Part shown: positions 1-8,510 of the stretch, in pieces
How the letters are laid out: each line of letters starts with the position of its first letter
Position numbering within the stretch: the stretch's first letter is position 1
NCBI GenBank assembly: GCA_028709355.1
Contig: JAQVXF010000001.1
Span: 1 to 31,766, forward strand
Source: Syntrophomonas sp.
GTDB lineage: Bacteria; Bacillota; Syntrophomonadia; Syntrophomonadales; Syntrophomonadaceae
Reading direction: 5' to 3'
Length of the DNA: 31,766 nt
Program-made: the position numbers and the translations under genes
Notes under the pieces: model-generated
Seen by the model: the letters and a program-made list of their open reading frames with translations, nothing else
Databases searched by the model: none
What the model was told of the DNA's origin: nothing

Positions 1-1
1 A

Positions 2-292
<291 letters not shown>

Positions 293-330
293 CCTGACAC
301 GGTTGTTGGAATAATGTTAGTATTATGCTA

Positions 331-358
331 AAGAGACCACCCATCTGGGTGGTCTCTT
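331..358. terminator. Perfect inverted repeat between the LPXTG gene and the sortase (terminator/attenuator or mRNA-stabilising hairpin)
   Basis: AAGAGACCACCCA-TC-TGGGTGGTCTCTT, with only a weak U-tail on the + strand. Confidence 0.55.
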
Positions 359-381
359 GCTCTAGGAAACGAGGTTGCCGG

Positions 382-990
382 ATGCGCAGGACATTGAGCT
401 GGGTATTGATAGCAGCGGGGGTATTACTCATCTTGAGCCCCTTCATGAAAAACACCTACAGCATATATATGCAGCGGCAATTGCTGGAAAACGCCATGCA
501 GGCGCCGCAATCTCAAGAGGTAATCCCGCAAGAGCAGAGCTTGCCAACTACGACAGCAGGGGAGGCGGCCAAAGAACCGGCGGTGCAATCCAAATCAGCT
601 GTAAAGGCAGTCATGGTATTAAGCATCCCCAAGTTGAATCTCAGAACGGCCGTGGTTAAGGGGGTAACCTCCCGTGACCTCAGCATGGGTCCTGGGTTAT
701 ATCCGCAGAGCAATATGCCCGGGGAAGAAGGCAATGTGTCCATAGCCGGCCATCGCAACGTATTCGGCTCCTGGTTCCGCCACTTAAATAGATTGGTGCC
801 CGGGGACGACATCGCTATTACCTACCAGGGAACAACATATAATTATGCGGTGGAAAAGGTCTTTATCGTAGCCGAAAACGATTGGTCGGTGGTAGCACCC
901 ACTGCCTATAGAGCGCTCACCCTGACTACCTGTGATCCTCCCGGAAATGTCACCCAAAGACTGATTGTGCGCGCCCGTCAAATCGACTGA
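382..990 (+). CDS. Sortase (class D-like)
   Basis: N-terminal TM segment (TLSWVLIAAGVLLILSPF) and the catalytic His/Cys/Arg motifs IAGHRN, LTLTTCDP and RLIVRA. ATG 382 follows a GAGG SD and is preferred over 325, which runs through the hairpin. Confidence 0.93.
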   Translation: MRRTLSWVLIAAGVLLILSPFMKNTYSIYMQRQLLENAMQAPQSQEVIPQEQSLPTTTAGEAAKEPAVQSKSAVKAVMVLSIPKLNLRTAVVKGVTSRDLSMGPGLYPQSNMPGEEGNVSIAGHRNVFGSWFRHLNRLVPGDDIAITYQGTTYNYAVEKVFIVAENDWSVVAPTAYRALTLTTCDPPGNVTQRLIVRARQID

Positions 991-1069
991 GGCCAAACTG
1001 ATCAGGTCAGGATTGGGAAACTGCTTCGAGCAAAGCTCCCAAGTAACTAACCAGCCCCGATAAACCAGG

Positions 1070-1096
1070 AAAAGCAGTGCCGCCGGCGCTGCTTTT
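1070..1096. terminator. Bidirectional intrinsic terminator between the convergent sortase and CAP genes
   Basis: AAAAGCAGTGCC-GCC-GGCGCTGCTTTT stem with A and T tails on both sides. Confidence 0.75.
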
Positions 1097-1141
1097 CTTA
1101 TGTAGGCTATATAGGAATAGAAAGAAGGAAATGGAAGCGGC

Positions 1142-1909
1142 TTAATTGGTAAACCATTGGGTCACGAAGAGATCGCTGCCCTTCTGATAGAAACCTAAAC
1201 CTATTTTGGTGAATGCCGGATTGAGAATATTGGCCCGATGCCCGTTGGAATTCATGAAAGCATTATGAGCCGCCACTACGCTGCTGTTACGGGCGATATT
1301 TTCGGCAGCGGTGCGATAGCTGATTCCAAAACTCTTCATCATTTCGAAAGGACTGCCATAAGTCGGGGAGGTGTGACTAAAATAACCGTTCACCGCCATG
1401 TCCTGGGATTTGAGATAGGCCCCGTCACAAAGCCGGTTGTCCAGAACCAAAGGGGCTAAATTAGCCTGAGCCCGGGCCGCATTGATATAGCCCAGCATCT
1501 CCTGCTGTTGAGCGCTAGCTTGGGTAGGCGCCGGGGCTGTTACCACCGGGACTCGGGTTTTGGGAGTCGGTTTTACCGGGGCGGCCTGTTTGGTCTTGGG
1601 TGGACTAGTGGCAGCCTGGGTTTGCACCTGCACATCCGGTAGGCTGTTGGGGAAAATTTCAACAGCAGGAGCCGCTGGCGCGGGGGTTGGGCAGGGAGAT
1701 GATATCTTGCCCTTGGACTGGAGGGTACTCTCGTTTTCCCCCACCGGCTGAGCCAGGTCTGCCCCGGCCTGCGATAGCCGAGTGGTGTCATCGTTGTGCA
1801 GCGTGGTGACCGCAGCTTGTCCGCCTGCACTTCCAGCCGGTTCGACTTGGATGAGGGTCATCATACTGAGCAACATTATAATGGATGTAACCAGGATTTT
1901 CTTCTTCAT
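1142..1909 (-). CDS. Secreted CAP/SCP-domain protein (YkwD-like) with Pro/Ala/Thr-rich linker
   Basis: Start MKKKILVTSIIMLL (signal peptide) at ATG 1909 after a GGAGGTGG SD. C-terminal CAP motifs INAARAQANLAPL, DMAVNGYFSHTSPTYGSPFEMM, AAENIA and FMNSNGHRANIL. Confidence 0.92.
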   Translation of the reverse strand: MKKKILVTSIIMLLSMMTLIQVEPAGSAGGQAAVTTLHNDDTTRLSQAGADLAQPVGENESTLQSKGKISSPCPTPAPAAPAVEIFPNSLPDVQVQTQAATSPPKTKQAAPVKPTPKTRVPVVTAPAPTQASAQQQEMLGYINAARAQANLAPLVLDNRLCDGAYLKSQDMAVNGYFSHTSPTYGSPFEMMKSFGISYRTAAENIARNSSVVAAHNAFMNSNGHRANILNPAFTKIGLGFYQKGSDLFVTQWFTN

Positions 1910-1952
1910 TGACCAACCACCTCCATAAAAAATCAACCTGAGATTCTTATAG

Positions 1953-2942
1953 CTAATATCCCCGGGCCACCTTGTCCTGGAATTTGATCGACAGTCGCCC
2001 GCCTCGATATTTACCCGTAACCTTGTTATCACCATAGTTCTCGGCTACATAACACCCCGCCGGGAGTTTGCCGAATACCTGGCGGTCTCCCGCGGATAGG
2101 GTGGGGTCGACCGGGATCCAGCCCTTGCCATCCAGGTAAAACTCCGCCCACTGATGTCTGCGCCCGGCCAAATTGATCGCTTGCGAACCTTGGGCCAACT
2201 CATCCTGGTCATTAGCGTATCCATTCACAATCCGAGCCGGGATGCCAGAAGCCCGGCAAACCGCTACGAAAAGAGAGGCATATTCTTCACAGCATCCGCT
2301 TCCGGTCTGTAATCCCGCCAGGGCGCCCTGGTTAGCGGCGGGTGAGTCCAGGTCGTAGGTAAGCGTGCGGCGGGTGAAAGCAAATGCTTCCTGGGCTATG
2401 CTGAGATCATCACCGCAGCCGTCAGGAGCGACCTGGGACGCTGCCGCCCGGATGCTGGGATGAGTCGATTCTATCTTGGTGCCCGGCGCCAGGTAGAGGT
2501 TGGGATCACCCAGTTCCGATCCTCTGCCATCCTGAATCCAGTTGGTGCCACATACCTTGACCGTGTATTTTTGCACCAGTACGGTTTCAGCTCCGGGAGG
2601 CAGGTCTGCCACGCTGAACACTCCAATACGGTTGCCATTATCCAATTGCCTGATCTCCAGCGGCTCCTGAGAAAACTCTTCCTTGACGACCTCCTGGTAA
2701 GGGGAATCCAGATCGGCCATCAATGGCACCTCCAACCGGACCTTGGTGGCTGCTTCGGAGCCGGTGTTTTCAATGAGCAGCTCGTTCTCTAAAATGTAAT
2801 ATTCGGCGCTGGATGCCTGGTCGGCCCAGTTCTTCTGCGCTGTCAGGCGGGGATGATAATCAGCCACCGCCGGCGGAGCTTGACTGATAAATAGCGAAAA
2901 TATCAGCAAGATGGATAATCCCAGGCTTTTTCTGCTGGCCAT
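1953..2942 (-). CDS. Secreted transglutaminase-like (Transglut_core) cysteine enzyme
   Basis: Signal peptide MASRKSLGLSILLIFSLFISQAPPAVA. Cys-His-Asp triad motifs GCCEEYASLFVAVCRASGIPAR, HQWAEFY and WIPVDPT. SD GAAAGGGG. Confidence 0.9.
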   Translation of the reverse strand: MASRKSLGLSILLIFSLFISQAPPAVADYHPRLTAQKNWADQASSAEYYILENELLIENTGSEAATKVRLEVPLMADLDSPYQEVVKEEFSQEPLEIRQLDNGNRIGVFSVADLPPGAETVLVQKYTVKVCGTNWIQDGRGSELGDPNLYLAPGTKIESTHPSIRAAASQVAPDGCGDDLSIAQEAFAFTRRTLTYDLDSPAANQGALAGLQTGSGCCEEYASLFVAVCRASGIPARIVNGYANDQDELAQGSQAINLAGRRHQWAEFYLDGKGWIPVDPTLSAGDRQVFGKLPAGCYVAENYGDNKVTGKYRGGRLSIKFQDKVARGY

Positions 2943-2978
2943 CAGGCCTTAACCCCTTTCGTGATAGGACGGCCCGCA

Positions 2979-3007
2979 AGAAAAAAGGCAGGTACTAAAT
3001 CCTCCTT
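2979..3007 (-). terminator. Putative weak terminator in the expression platform of the downstream riboswitch
   Basis: Minus strand AAGGAGG-ATTTAGTA-CCTGCCTT followed by TTTTCTT, with a one-base bulge. Confidence 0.45.
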
Positions 3008-3092
3008 CGGTAACCCGGCTGCCCTAGACGTTATGTCCTTAGACCCGTGGCTTTGCGTCCCCGCCTTTCGGCGGGTTTGCCTTTGTCGGTGA
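3006..3092 (-). ncRNA. c-di-GMP-I (GEMM-I) riboswitch, downstream copy
   Basis: Minus strand reads ACAAAGGCAAACCCGCCGAAAGGCGGGGACGCAAAGCCACGGGTCTAAGGAC...GGCAGCCGGGTTACCG. It has GGCAAAC, a GAAA tetraloop, GACGCAAAGC, a CTAA receptor and the 3' GGGTTACC. Confidence 0.95.
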
Positions 3093-3132
3093 GGGGCTTT
3101 TAGCCCCGCCGTCCTGATTCTGATTATTCAAT

Positions 3133-3171
3133 TAAAAACTAAAAACCTGCTCAGCGGGTTGCTGGCAGGTT
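3133..3171 (-). terminator. Intrinsic terminator in the expression platform of the upstream riboswitch
   Basis: Minus strand AACCTGCCAGC-AACCC-GCTGAGCAGGTT followed by TTTAGTTTTT. Confidence 0.8.
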
Positions 3172-3189
3172 CATTATCCTTCATTCTGC

Positions 3190-3278
3190 TCCCGGCAACC
3201 CGGCTGCCTTAGACATCGCTGTCCTTAGACCCGTAGCTTTGCGTCCCCGCCTTTCGGCGGGTTTGCCTTTATTCAAGA
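3190..3278 (-). ncRNA. c-di-GMP-I (GEMM-I) riboswitch, upstream copy
   Basis: Minus strand TCTTGAATAAAGGCAAACCCGCCGAAAGGCGGGGACGCAAAGCTACGGGTCTAAGGACAGCGATGTCTAAGGCAGCCGGGTTGCCGGGA. P1 is UCUUG/CGGGA. Confidence 0.95.
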
Positions 3279-3496
3279 TGTTACTCTTTAATACTAAAAC
3301 ACACATCAATAGAAATGTACAGTGCTTACTAATAAATACGAAATCAGCTGGTCATTTTCATGGGGGCCACTTCATGTAAAGGCAAATAAAATCTGCTTCC
3401 CGATCCAGCCGCCCAAAGACGAGGCGCCCGAAATAGTCTTGGCAATTAGTGGATACAGCGCTTAGCCCGGCACCATCATGATCGAATGTGACCCGA

Positions 3497-4324
3497 TTAA
3501 ATAGTTTTCTTGCGCTGCGCCAGGATTCTAAGGTTGTCGAAGAGTTCAGCAGTGGTTATCATCCCAACCCCTCCCGGCACCGCACTGGCATAACCAGCCT
3601 TGGCGCACGCCGCCGGGTGCACATCCCCGGTGATCTTGCCGGAAGCGTCAAAGTTGATGCCGGCATCGATTATGACCACACCTTCCTTGACCATGTCGGC
3701 GGTGATGTAATGGGATTTGCCCAGAGCGGCTATTATTATGTCCGCTGCCCCGGTCTCTGCAGCCAGGTCACGGGTATGGGTGTGACAGACGGTGACCGTA
3801 CCGTTCTCGGCTATGGCCATCACCGCTACCGGCCCCCCGAGTATGCTGCTGCGTCCTACCACCGTCACCTTTTGGCCATCGATATTGAGATTGTGATCCT
3901 TGAGCATGCGTATCACTGCTTTCGGGGTGGTGGGACGAATACCTGGCTCCTTGGTCAACAACCGCCCTAGATTATAAGGATGGACCCCCTCCACATCTTT
4001 GCCATAATCCATAGCCGCTACCACCAGATCCGAATTGATGTGCTCCGGCAAAGGCTTCTGGATCATGATTCCGGTGACCTCCGGATCGCGATTCAGAGCC
4101 TCGATCTCACCTATCATGGCTTCTTCGCTGATATCGGCCGGCAGGTGCATGATACGCAGCTCACATTCGATATCGCGGGCAAATCGCTGGGCCCCATTTA
4201 CGTAAGCGGTTGATGGTCCTTCCTCCCCTACCTGGACGATGGTCATAACCATCCCTCCTTGAGCCGCAGCTACCCGCAACTCCAATTTCATCTTATCCCT
4301 GATGTCCTTACCGTAAATCATCAT
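3497..4324 (-). CDS. folD: Methylenetetrahydrofolate dehydrogenase/cyclohydrolase family protein (divergent)
   Basis: Motifs GIMIQKPLP, KDVEG, PTTP, VVGRSSILGGP, TVTVCHTHT, IIDAGIN, GDV and VPGGVG. Confidence 0.92.
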   Translation of the reverse strand: MMIYGKDIRDKMKLELRVAAAQGGMVMTIVQVGEEGPSTAYVNGAQRFARDIECELRIMHLPADISEEAMIGEIEALNRDPEVTGIMIQKPLPEHINSDLVVAAMDYGKDVEGVHPYNLGRLLTKEPGIRPTTPKAVIRMLKDHNLNIDGQKVTVVGRSSILGGPVAVMAIAENGTVTVCHTHTRDLAAETGAADIIIAALGKSHYITADMVKEGVVIIDAGINFDASGKITGDVHPAACAKAGYASAVPGGVGMITTAELFDNLRILAQRKKTI

Positions 4325-4389
4325 TAGTTTTAGCCCCCTAGTTAATATCTATAATCGCAGACTCACTGCGGAAAACGTGCCTGTTGAGA

Positions 4390-4737
4390 CTAGAAAGCCC
4401 CCTCCAAATGGTTGATCCTGGGCACCCCGTCTTCCACCAAGATACCGATCACATCAAACCTCAATTCACGGTAAGGATGGGGAAAAGCTGCCAGGTACTC
4501 CAGAGCCACTTTGCGGATGTGTCCCTTTTTGGTCCAGGTGACAGCCTCTTCCGGGAAACCAAAATGGGTGTTGGTTCGGGTCTTAACCTCTACAAATATG
4601 ACTGCTCCGGCTCGATTGCAGATAATATCTATCTCGCCGTTACGGCTGCGGAAGTTCCTGCACAGGATCTGATAACCGCTTTCTTTCAGATACTGGGCCG
4701 CCATTTCCTCGCCCCGGCGCCCGATTTCCTTTTTCAT
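4390..4737 (-). CDS. yraN: YraN (UPF0102) family protein
   Basis: GRRGEEMA, NFRSRNGEIDII, FVEVKTR and RFDVIGI. Usual position after rnhB. Confidence 0.93.
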   Translation of the reverse strand: MKKEIGRRGEEMAAQYLKESGYQILCRNFRSRNGEIDIICNRAGAVIFVEVKTRTNTHFGFPEEAVTWTKKGHIRKVALEYLAAFPHPYRELRFDVIGILVEDGVPRINHLEGAF

Positions 4738-4797
4738 GCTCCGCTCCTATCCGCCATCCGACTTGCTCTGGGCCATTAAGAAATCCTGGCCATAACT

Positions 4798-5484
4798 CTA
4801 TGCGTCAAATAGAACTGGTTGGAACCAGTCGGGTCTGGTTACCATGCTCCTGACCGGTTCAAAACTATTACGATGAATGGTGCAGGGTCCCAGTCGCTCC
4901 AAAGCCAAACAGTGAGCCCGGGTGGCATAACCTTTATGTTGGGCAAAGCCGTAACCGGGAAACATACCGTCGTAGGACTCCATCACCGCATCTCGCTCCA
5001 CCTTGGCCAGTATCGAGGCGCAGGCAATGGAGATACTGAGGCTGTCCCCCTTTATTATTGGGTACTGCCGGATCTCAAGGTTGGGCAGCTGCACTGCATC
5101 GATGAGCAGCATATCTGGACGGGGAACCAGCTCTTCTATACAAGTCCTCATCGCTGCGCGGGTGCATTGCAGTATATTCTGGCAATCGATCTGCCGCGCC
5201 GATACCGCCGTAACTGACCACCCTAGCGCGCCCTTCTTAATCTCCAGCGCCATCTCCCGGCGGCGTGATGGACTCACCAGTTTGGAGTCGTTCACTCCAG
5301 GCAGGAAGAAGTTGCGCGGTAGAATGACCGCCGCCGCCACGACCGGTCCAGCGATAGGCCCACGACCCACCTCGTCCAGTCCGGCTATGGAGCGGAAACC
5401 TTCCCGGTAGGCGCGGTTCTCATACCTTTTCAGCTTCCGATGCCGTTGCTGTTCCAGGCTCAAGTCATCTTGATTGGCGGCCAT
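4798..5484 (-). CDS. rnhB: Ribonuclease HII
   Basis: GLDEVGRGPIAGPV, DSK, LLIDA, IKGD, ASILAKVERD and HKGY. Confidence 0.96.
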   Translation of the reverse strand: MAANQDDLSLEQQRHRKLKRYENRAYREGFRSIAGLDEVGRGPIAGPVVAAAVILPRNFFLPGVNDSKLVSPSRRREMALEIKKGALGWSVTAVSARQIDCQNILQCTRAAMRTCIEELVPRPDMLLIDAVQLPNLEIRQYPIIKGDSLSISIACASILAKVERDAVMESYDGMFPGYGFAQHKGYATRAHCLALERLGPCTIHRNSFEPVRSMVTRPDWFQPVLFDA

Positions 5485-6819
5485 CTACTTATTGCTCCGC
5501 CGCCAAATGCCCATCCGGGCGGCATCACTTATCAAATCTTCACGATAATCAGGATGAGCCAGGCCGATCAGAGCTTCCGCTCTCTGCCAGGTACTCATGC
5601 CTTTCAGGTTGGCCTTGCCGAATTCGGTTACCACCAAATGGGTAAGCGTCCGGTGGCCAGTAGTTATGGTGCCGGCAGACAGGGTGGGGACCACCCGTGA
5701 TTTTCTTTGCTGAGAGCGGCCATAGGTGGAAGCAAGACACACTATGCTTTTGCCGCCCTTAGACCAGTAGGCACCGATTACAAAACCCAGATAGCCTCCG
5801 GTGCCGCTGATCTGTTTTAGACCATTGGACTCTGCACTTACCTGGCCGAAAAGATCGATTTCGACGGCGTTATTGATGGAAATGAAATTATCCAGACGGG
5901 CTATTATGCGGGGATCATTGCTGTAATCTATGGTAGTTGCCATCAAATCAGGGTTTTCATGCACAAAATCATAAAGTTGACGGGAACCGAGCACATAGGA
6001 GTACACCTGCCGTCCCCGGTCGATAGTCTTATTACTGCCATTGATCCTGCCTCGTTTGGATATATCCATGAAAGCATTGATATAGGTCTCGGTGTGCACC
6101 CCCAGGTCCGTCAGATCCGACTCAGCGATAAGACTCCCTACCGCATTGGGCATGCGCCCTATGCCTAGCTGCAAACAGGCTCCATCTGGTATCTCGGCCA
6201 CGATTAGATCGGCCACCTGGCGGTCGATGTCATCGGGTGGATCCGCGATAATCTCGGCAACATTTCCATGGGATCCCTCGATCACATAGTCGACCTGGGA
6301 TATATGTAAATCCACATCGCTGCTGCCCTTAGTCCGGGGCATATTACGATTTACTTCGACAATCCTGATCGCTGCCTGGGCAAAAACCGCCGCTTGGTAG
6401 GCAGGTGAAGTGCCGAAACTGAAATTGCCATCCCTATCCATAGGCGCCACCTGGCAGACTGCCACCGATACCGGGTCCAAGTTTTCGCCGTAGTAGCGAG
6501 GCAACTCAAAAAAACTCATAGGGGAGTGAAAGCCACAACCCATCTCCATGATTTTGCGATCAATGGCAGTGAAATGCCAGGAATTCCAGCAAAAGTGTGC
6601 CCCGGGATTCTCGATCTGAAAGATCGTTGGCATCCAGAGCGTGAAGGCCCCTCGGACTTTTACCTCCCGCAAATCCTGGGCCCGTGCCGCCAAAGCCTGG
6701 TCAAAAGCGACCGGATGAGAAGCGCCCACCCCATAATCGATCCAATCCCCAGACTTTACCTGACCGGCCGCAGTTCTGGCCGATGTCAATTTGCGCTGGT
6801 ACAATTCCCCTGGGCTCAT
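5485..6819 (-). CDS. Acetyl-CoA hydrolase/transferase family protein, butyryl-CoA:acetate CoA-transferase-like
   Basis: CLQLGIGRMPNAVG, DLGVHTE (catalytic Glu), ISINNAVEIDLFGQV and VVTEFG. Start ATG 6819 (MSPGELY) after a GAGGAGG SD, not 7056. Confidence 0.9.
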   Translation of the reverse strand: MSPGELYQRKLTSARTAAGQVKSGDWIDYGVGASHPVAFDQALAARAQDLREVKVRGAFTLWMPTIFQIENPGAHFCWNSWHFTAIDRKIMEMGCGFHSPMSFFELPRYYGENLDPVSVAVCQVAPMDRDGNFSFGTSPAYQAAVFAQAAIRIVEVNRNMPRTKGSSDVDLHISQVDYVIEGSHGNVAEIIADPPDDIDRQVADLIVAEIPDGACLQLGIGRMPNAVGSLIAESDLTDLGVHTETYINAFMDISKRGRINGSNKTIDRGRQVYSYVLGSRQLYDFVHENPDLMATTIDYSNDPRIIARLDNFISINNAVEIDLFGQVSAESNGLKQISGTGGYLGFVIGAYWSKGGKSIVCLASTYGRSQQRKSRVVPTLSAGTITTGHRTLTHLVVTEFGKANLKGMSTWQRAEALIGLAHPDYREDLISDAARMGIWRRSNK

Positions 6820-7234
6820 TACCCAACCTCCTCGAATGTGTGAGACACATTTCATATTATATCCAACCGCCGGAGTGATTGCCACCAATAACCAACCCCC
6901 TGGACTTTGGCTAATCGCTTGGTGTACCGAATCTCGCTCAAATAATATTTGTCGGTAATCATTGGAGCCCGGGAAACCAAAAAAGGTGGGGTTTGGCGGT
7001 GGTTGCCAGCAGACGGGTAAGGCCGACAGATCCTCAAAATCCTGGGGCTCACGCATGTATTCTGGTCACCCGGTATGAATCAAATGGTGAGTGGCCGCCC
7101 ATGGATGCCCAGGCAGGGGTCGAACCGAAGATAAGCAGGCTTTGGCCAAGGTCAATAGCTGACCGGTCAAACCTGCTGCCGATTCGGTATTTTATGGCAC
7201 CTCGGGGTGATAAGTGAAACTCCAGGCCTTGGCA

Positions 7235-8071
7235 TCAATCCAGGCTGATATGACCGAGGCTGCCCCTGCGAAAATCCTGCAGCAGAGTGGTGCAGGTCTT
7301 GGCCAGATCCAGCTGCCCGCCTTTGAGCAGGTGACCGCGCTGGCGGGCAATCTCCTCCAGTAGTTGATCTGTCTCCAGCTCGGGATTCAGGATCTTGAAT
7401 TTATTCCTTAGAATCGCTGGCGCCTTGGCCTTGAGCACCTGGAGAAGATAAGCAGTGACCTCGCGCTCCTGGTAGGCATTTTCGCCGACTATGCTCAGCA
7501 AGGCTAACTTCAGGCCTTGTTCATCATTTTCCACTTTGGGCCACATGAGACCGGGAGTATCCATTAACTCCAGATCTTCCCGCACTCTCACCCATTGCTT
7601 ACCCCGGGTTATACCGGGTTTGGCACCGGTGGCCGCCATCTTCTTGCCCACCAGGCAGTTGAGGAAAGTGGACTTGCCCACATTGGGTACACCTACCACC
7701 ATGACCCGCATCGGTCTCACCCGGCGGCCTTTGCGCACCATCTCCTCGGCTTGCGGCTGGAACAGTGATTTAAGCGCCTTGATTGTGTCGCTGAGCCCCT
7801 TGCCACTGGCCGAATCCATAGCTACCGCCGCCATCCCCTGCTGCCGCAACCGCATCAGGTAATGCCTGGTAGCCTCTGGATCAGCCAAGTCCATCTTATT
7901 TAACACCAATAAGACCTGGCGGCGGCAACTTATCTCCTCCAGATCCTGATTGCGGCAGGAAAAGGGAGCCCGGGCATCCAGCAGTATCGCTACCACGTCG
8001 ACCAGCTTGATATTCTGCTGTATCTCCCGTTTAGCTTTGACCATATGCCCGGGATACCAGTTGATAGCCAA
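7235..8071 (-). CDS. rbgA: Ribosome biogenesis GTPase RbgA/YlqF
   Basis: INWYPGHM, LDARAP, LNKMDL, GVPNVGKST and DTPG (circularly permuted GTPase). TTG start. Confidence 0.96.
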   Translation of the reverse strand: MAINWYPGHMVKAKREIQQNIKLVDVVAILLDARAPFSCRNQDLEEISCRRQVLLVLNKMDLADPEATRHYLMRLRQQGMAAVAMDSASGKGLSDTIKALKSLFQPQAEEMVRKGRRVRPMRVMVVGVPNVGKSTFLNCLVGKKMAATGAKPGITRGKQWVRVREDLELMDTPGLMWPKVENDEQGLKLALLSIVGENAYQEREVTAYLLQVLKAKAPAILRNKFKILNPELETDQLLEEIARQRGHLLKGGQLDLAKTCTTLLQDFRRGSLGHISLD

Positions 8072-8110
8072 TTATTAACCTTCTTTCCTGGTGGGAACAT
8101 GGATGATAAC

Positions 8111-8138
8111 AAAAAAGAGAATACTCTCAAGTATTCTC
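8111..8138 (-). terminator. Intrinsic terminator after rplS
   Basis: Plus-strand stem GAGAATACT-CTCA-AGTATTCTC, followed on the minus strand by TTTTTT. Confidence 0.8.
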
Positions 8139-8153
8139 CTCTTCTTGGTTTTG

Positions 8154-8510
8154 TTATCTGGAATAGCGGCCTTTTTCCTTGACCCGGGCCTTCTTGCCAG
8201 TCAAGCCTCGCAGGTAGAAGAGTCTGGCCCGGCGGACCTTGCCCCGTCTGGTCACTTCTATCTGAGCGATCTTGGGAGAATGCAGCAGGAATGTCCTTTC
8301 CACCGCCACTCCGTAGGTTATTCTTCTGACCGTGAAATTTTTGGACAGACCACTTCCCCTGACCTTCATGACCACGCCTTCGTATATCTGGATCCTCTCC
8401 CGCGTCCCCTCGACAACCTTGGTGTGGACTTTGACGGTGTCACCAGGGCCGAACGCTGGCAGGTCTTTTCTATAATGCTCCTCTTCAATCGAACGGATTA
8501 TATCTTGCAT
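8154..8510 (-). CDS. rplS: 50S ribosomal protein L19
   Basis: [27 protein letters not shown] and [23 protein letters not shown]. Confidence 0.98.
   Translation of the reverse strand: MQDIIRSIEEEHYRKDLPAFGPGDTVKVHTKVVEGTRERIQIYEGVVMKVRGSGLSKNFTVRRITYGVAVERTFLLHSPKIAQIEVTRRGKVRRARLFYLRGLTGKKARVKEKGRYSR

Noticed and set aside
3006..3278. Direct repeats read as a mini CRISPR array or IS ends
   Set aside because: There are only two copies, both match the GEMM-I riboswitch consensus, and no cas or transposase gene is nearby.
3377..3443. TAAAGGCAAA plus a small hairpin on the + strand, as a third GEMM aptamer
   Set aside because: The GAAA-capped P2 and GACGCAAAGC are missing, and the orientation is wrong.
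4325..4389. Small hairpin upstream of folD as a ZTP or THF riboswitch
   Set aside because: The intergenic region is too short and lacks the consensus motifs.
6820..7056. 79-aa N-terminal extension of the CoA-transferase
   Set aside because: A strong GAGGAGG SD precedes ATG 6819, and the extension has no resemblance to the family.
7102..7126. tRNA 3'-end-like string GGTTCGACCCCTGCCTGGGCATCCA (minus strand) near the insertion boundary, as an att remnant
   Set aside because: The T-stem 5' strand does not pair, there is no cloverleaf, no matching tRNA lies in the window and there is no integrase. It is probably chance.
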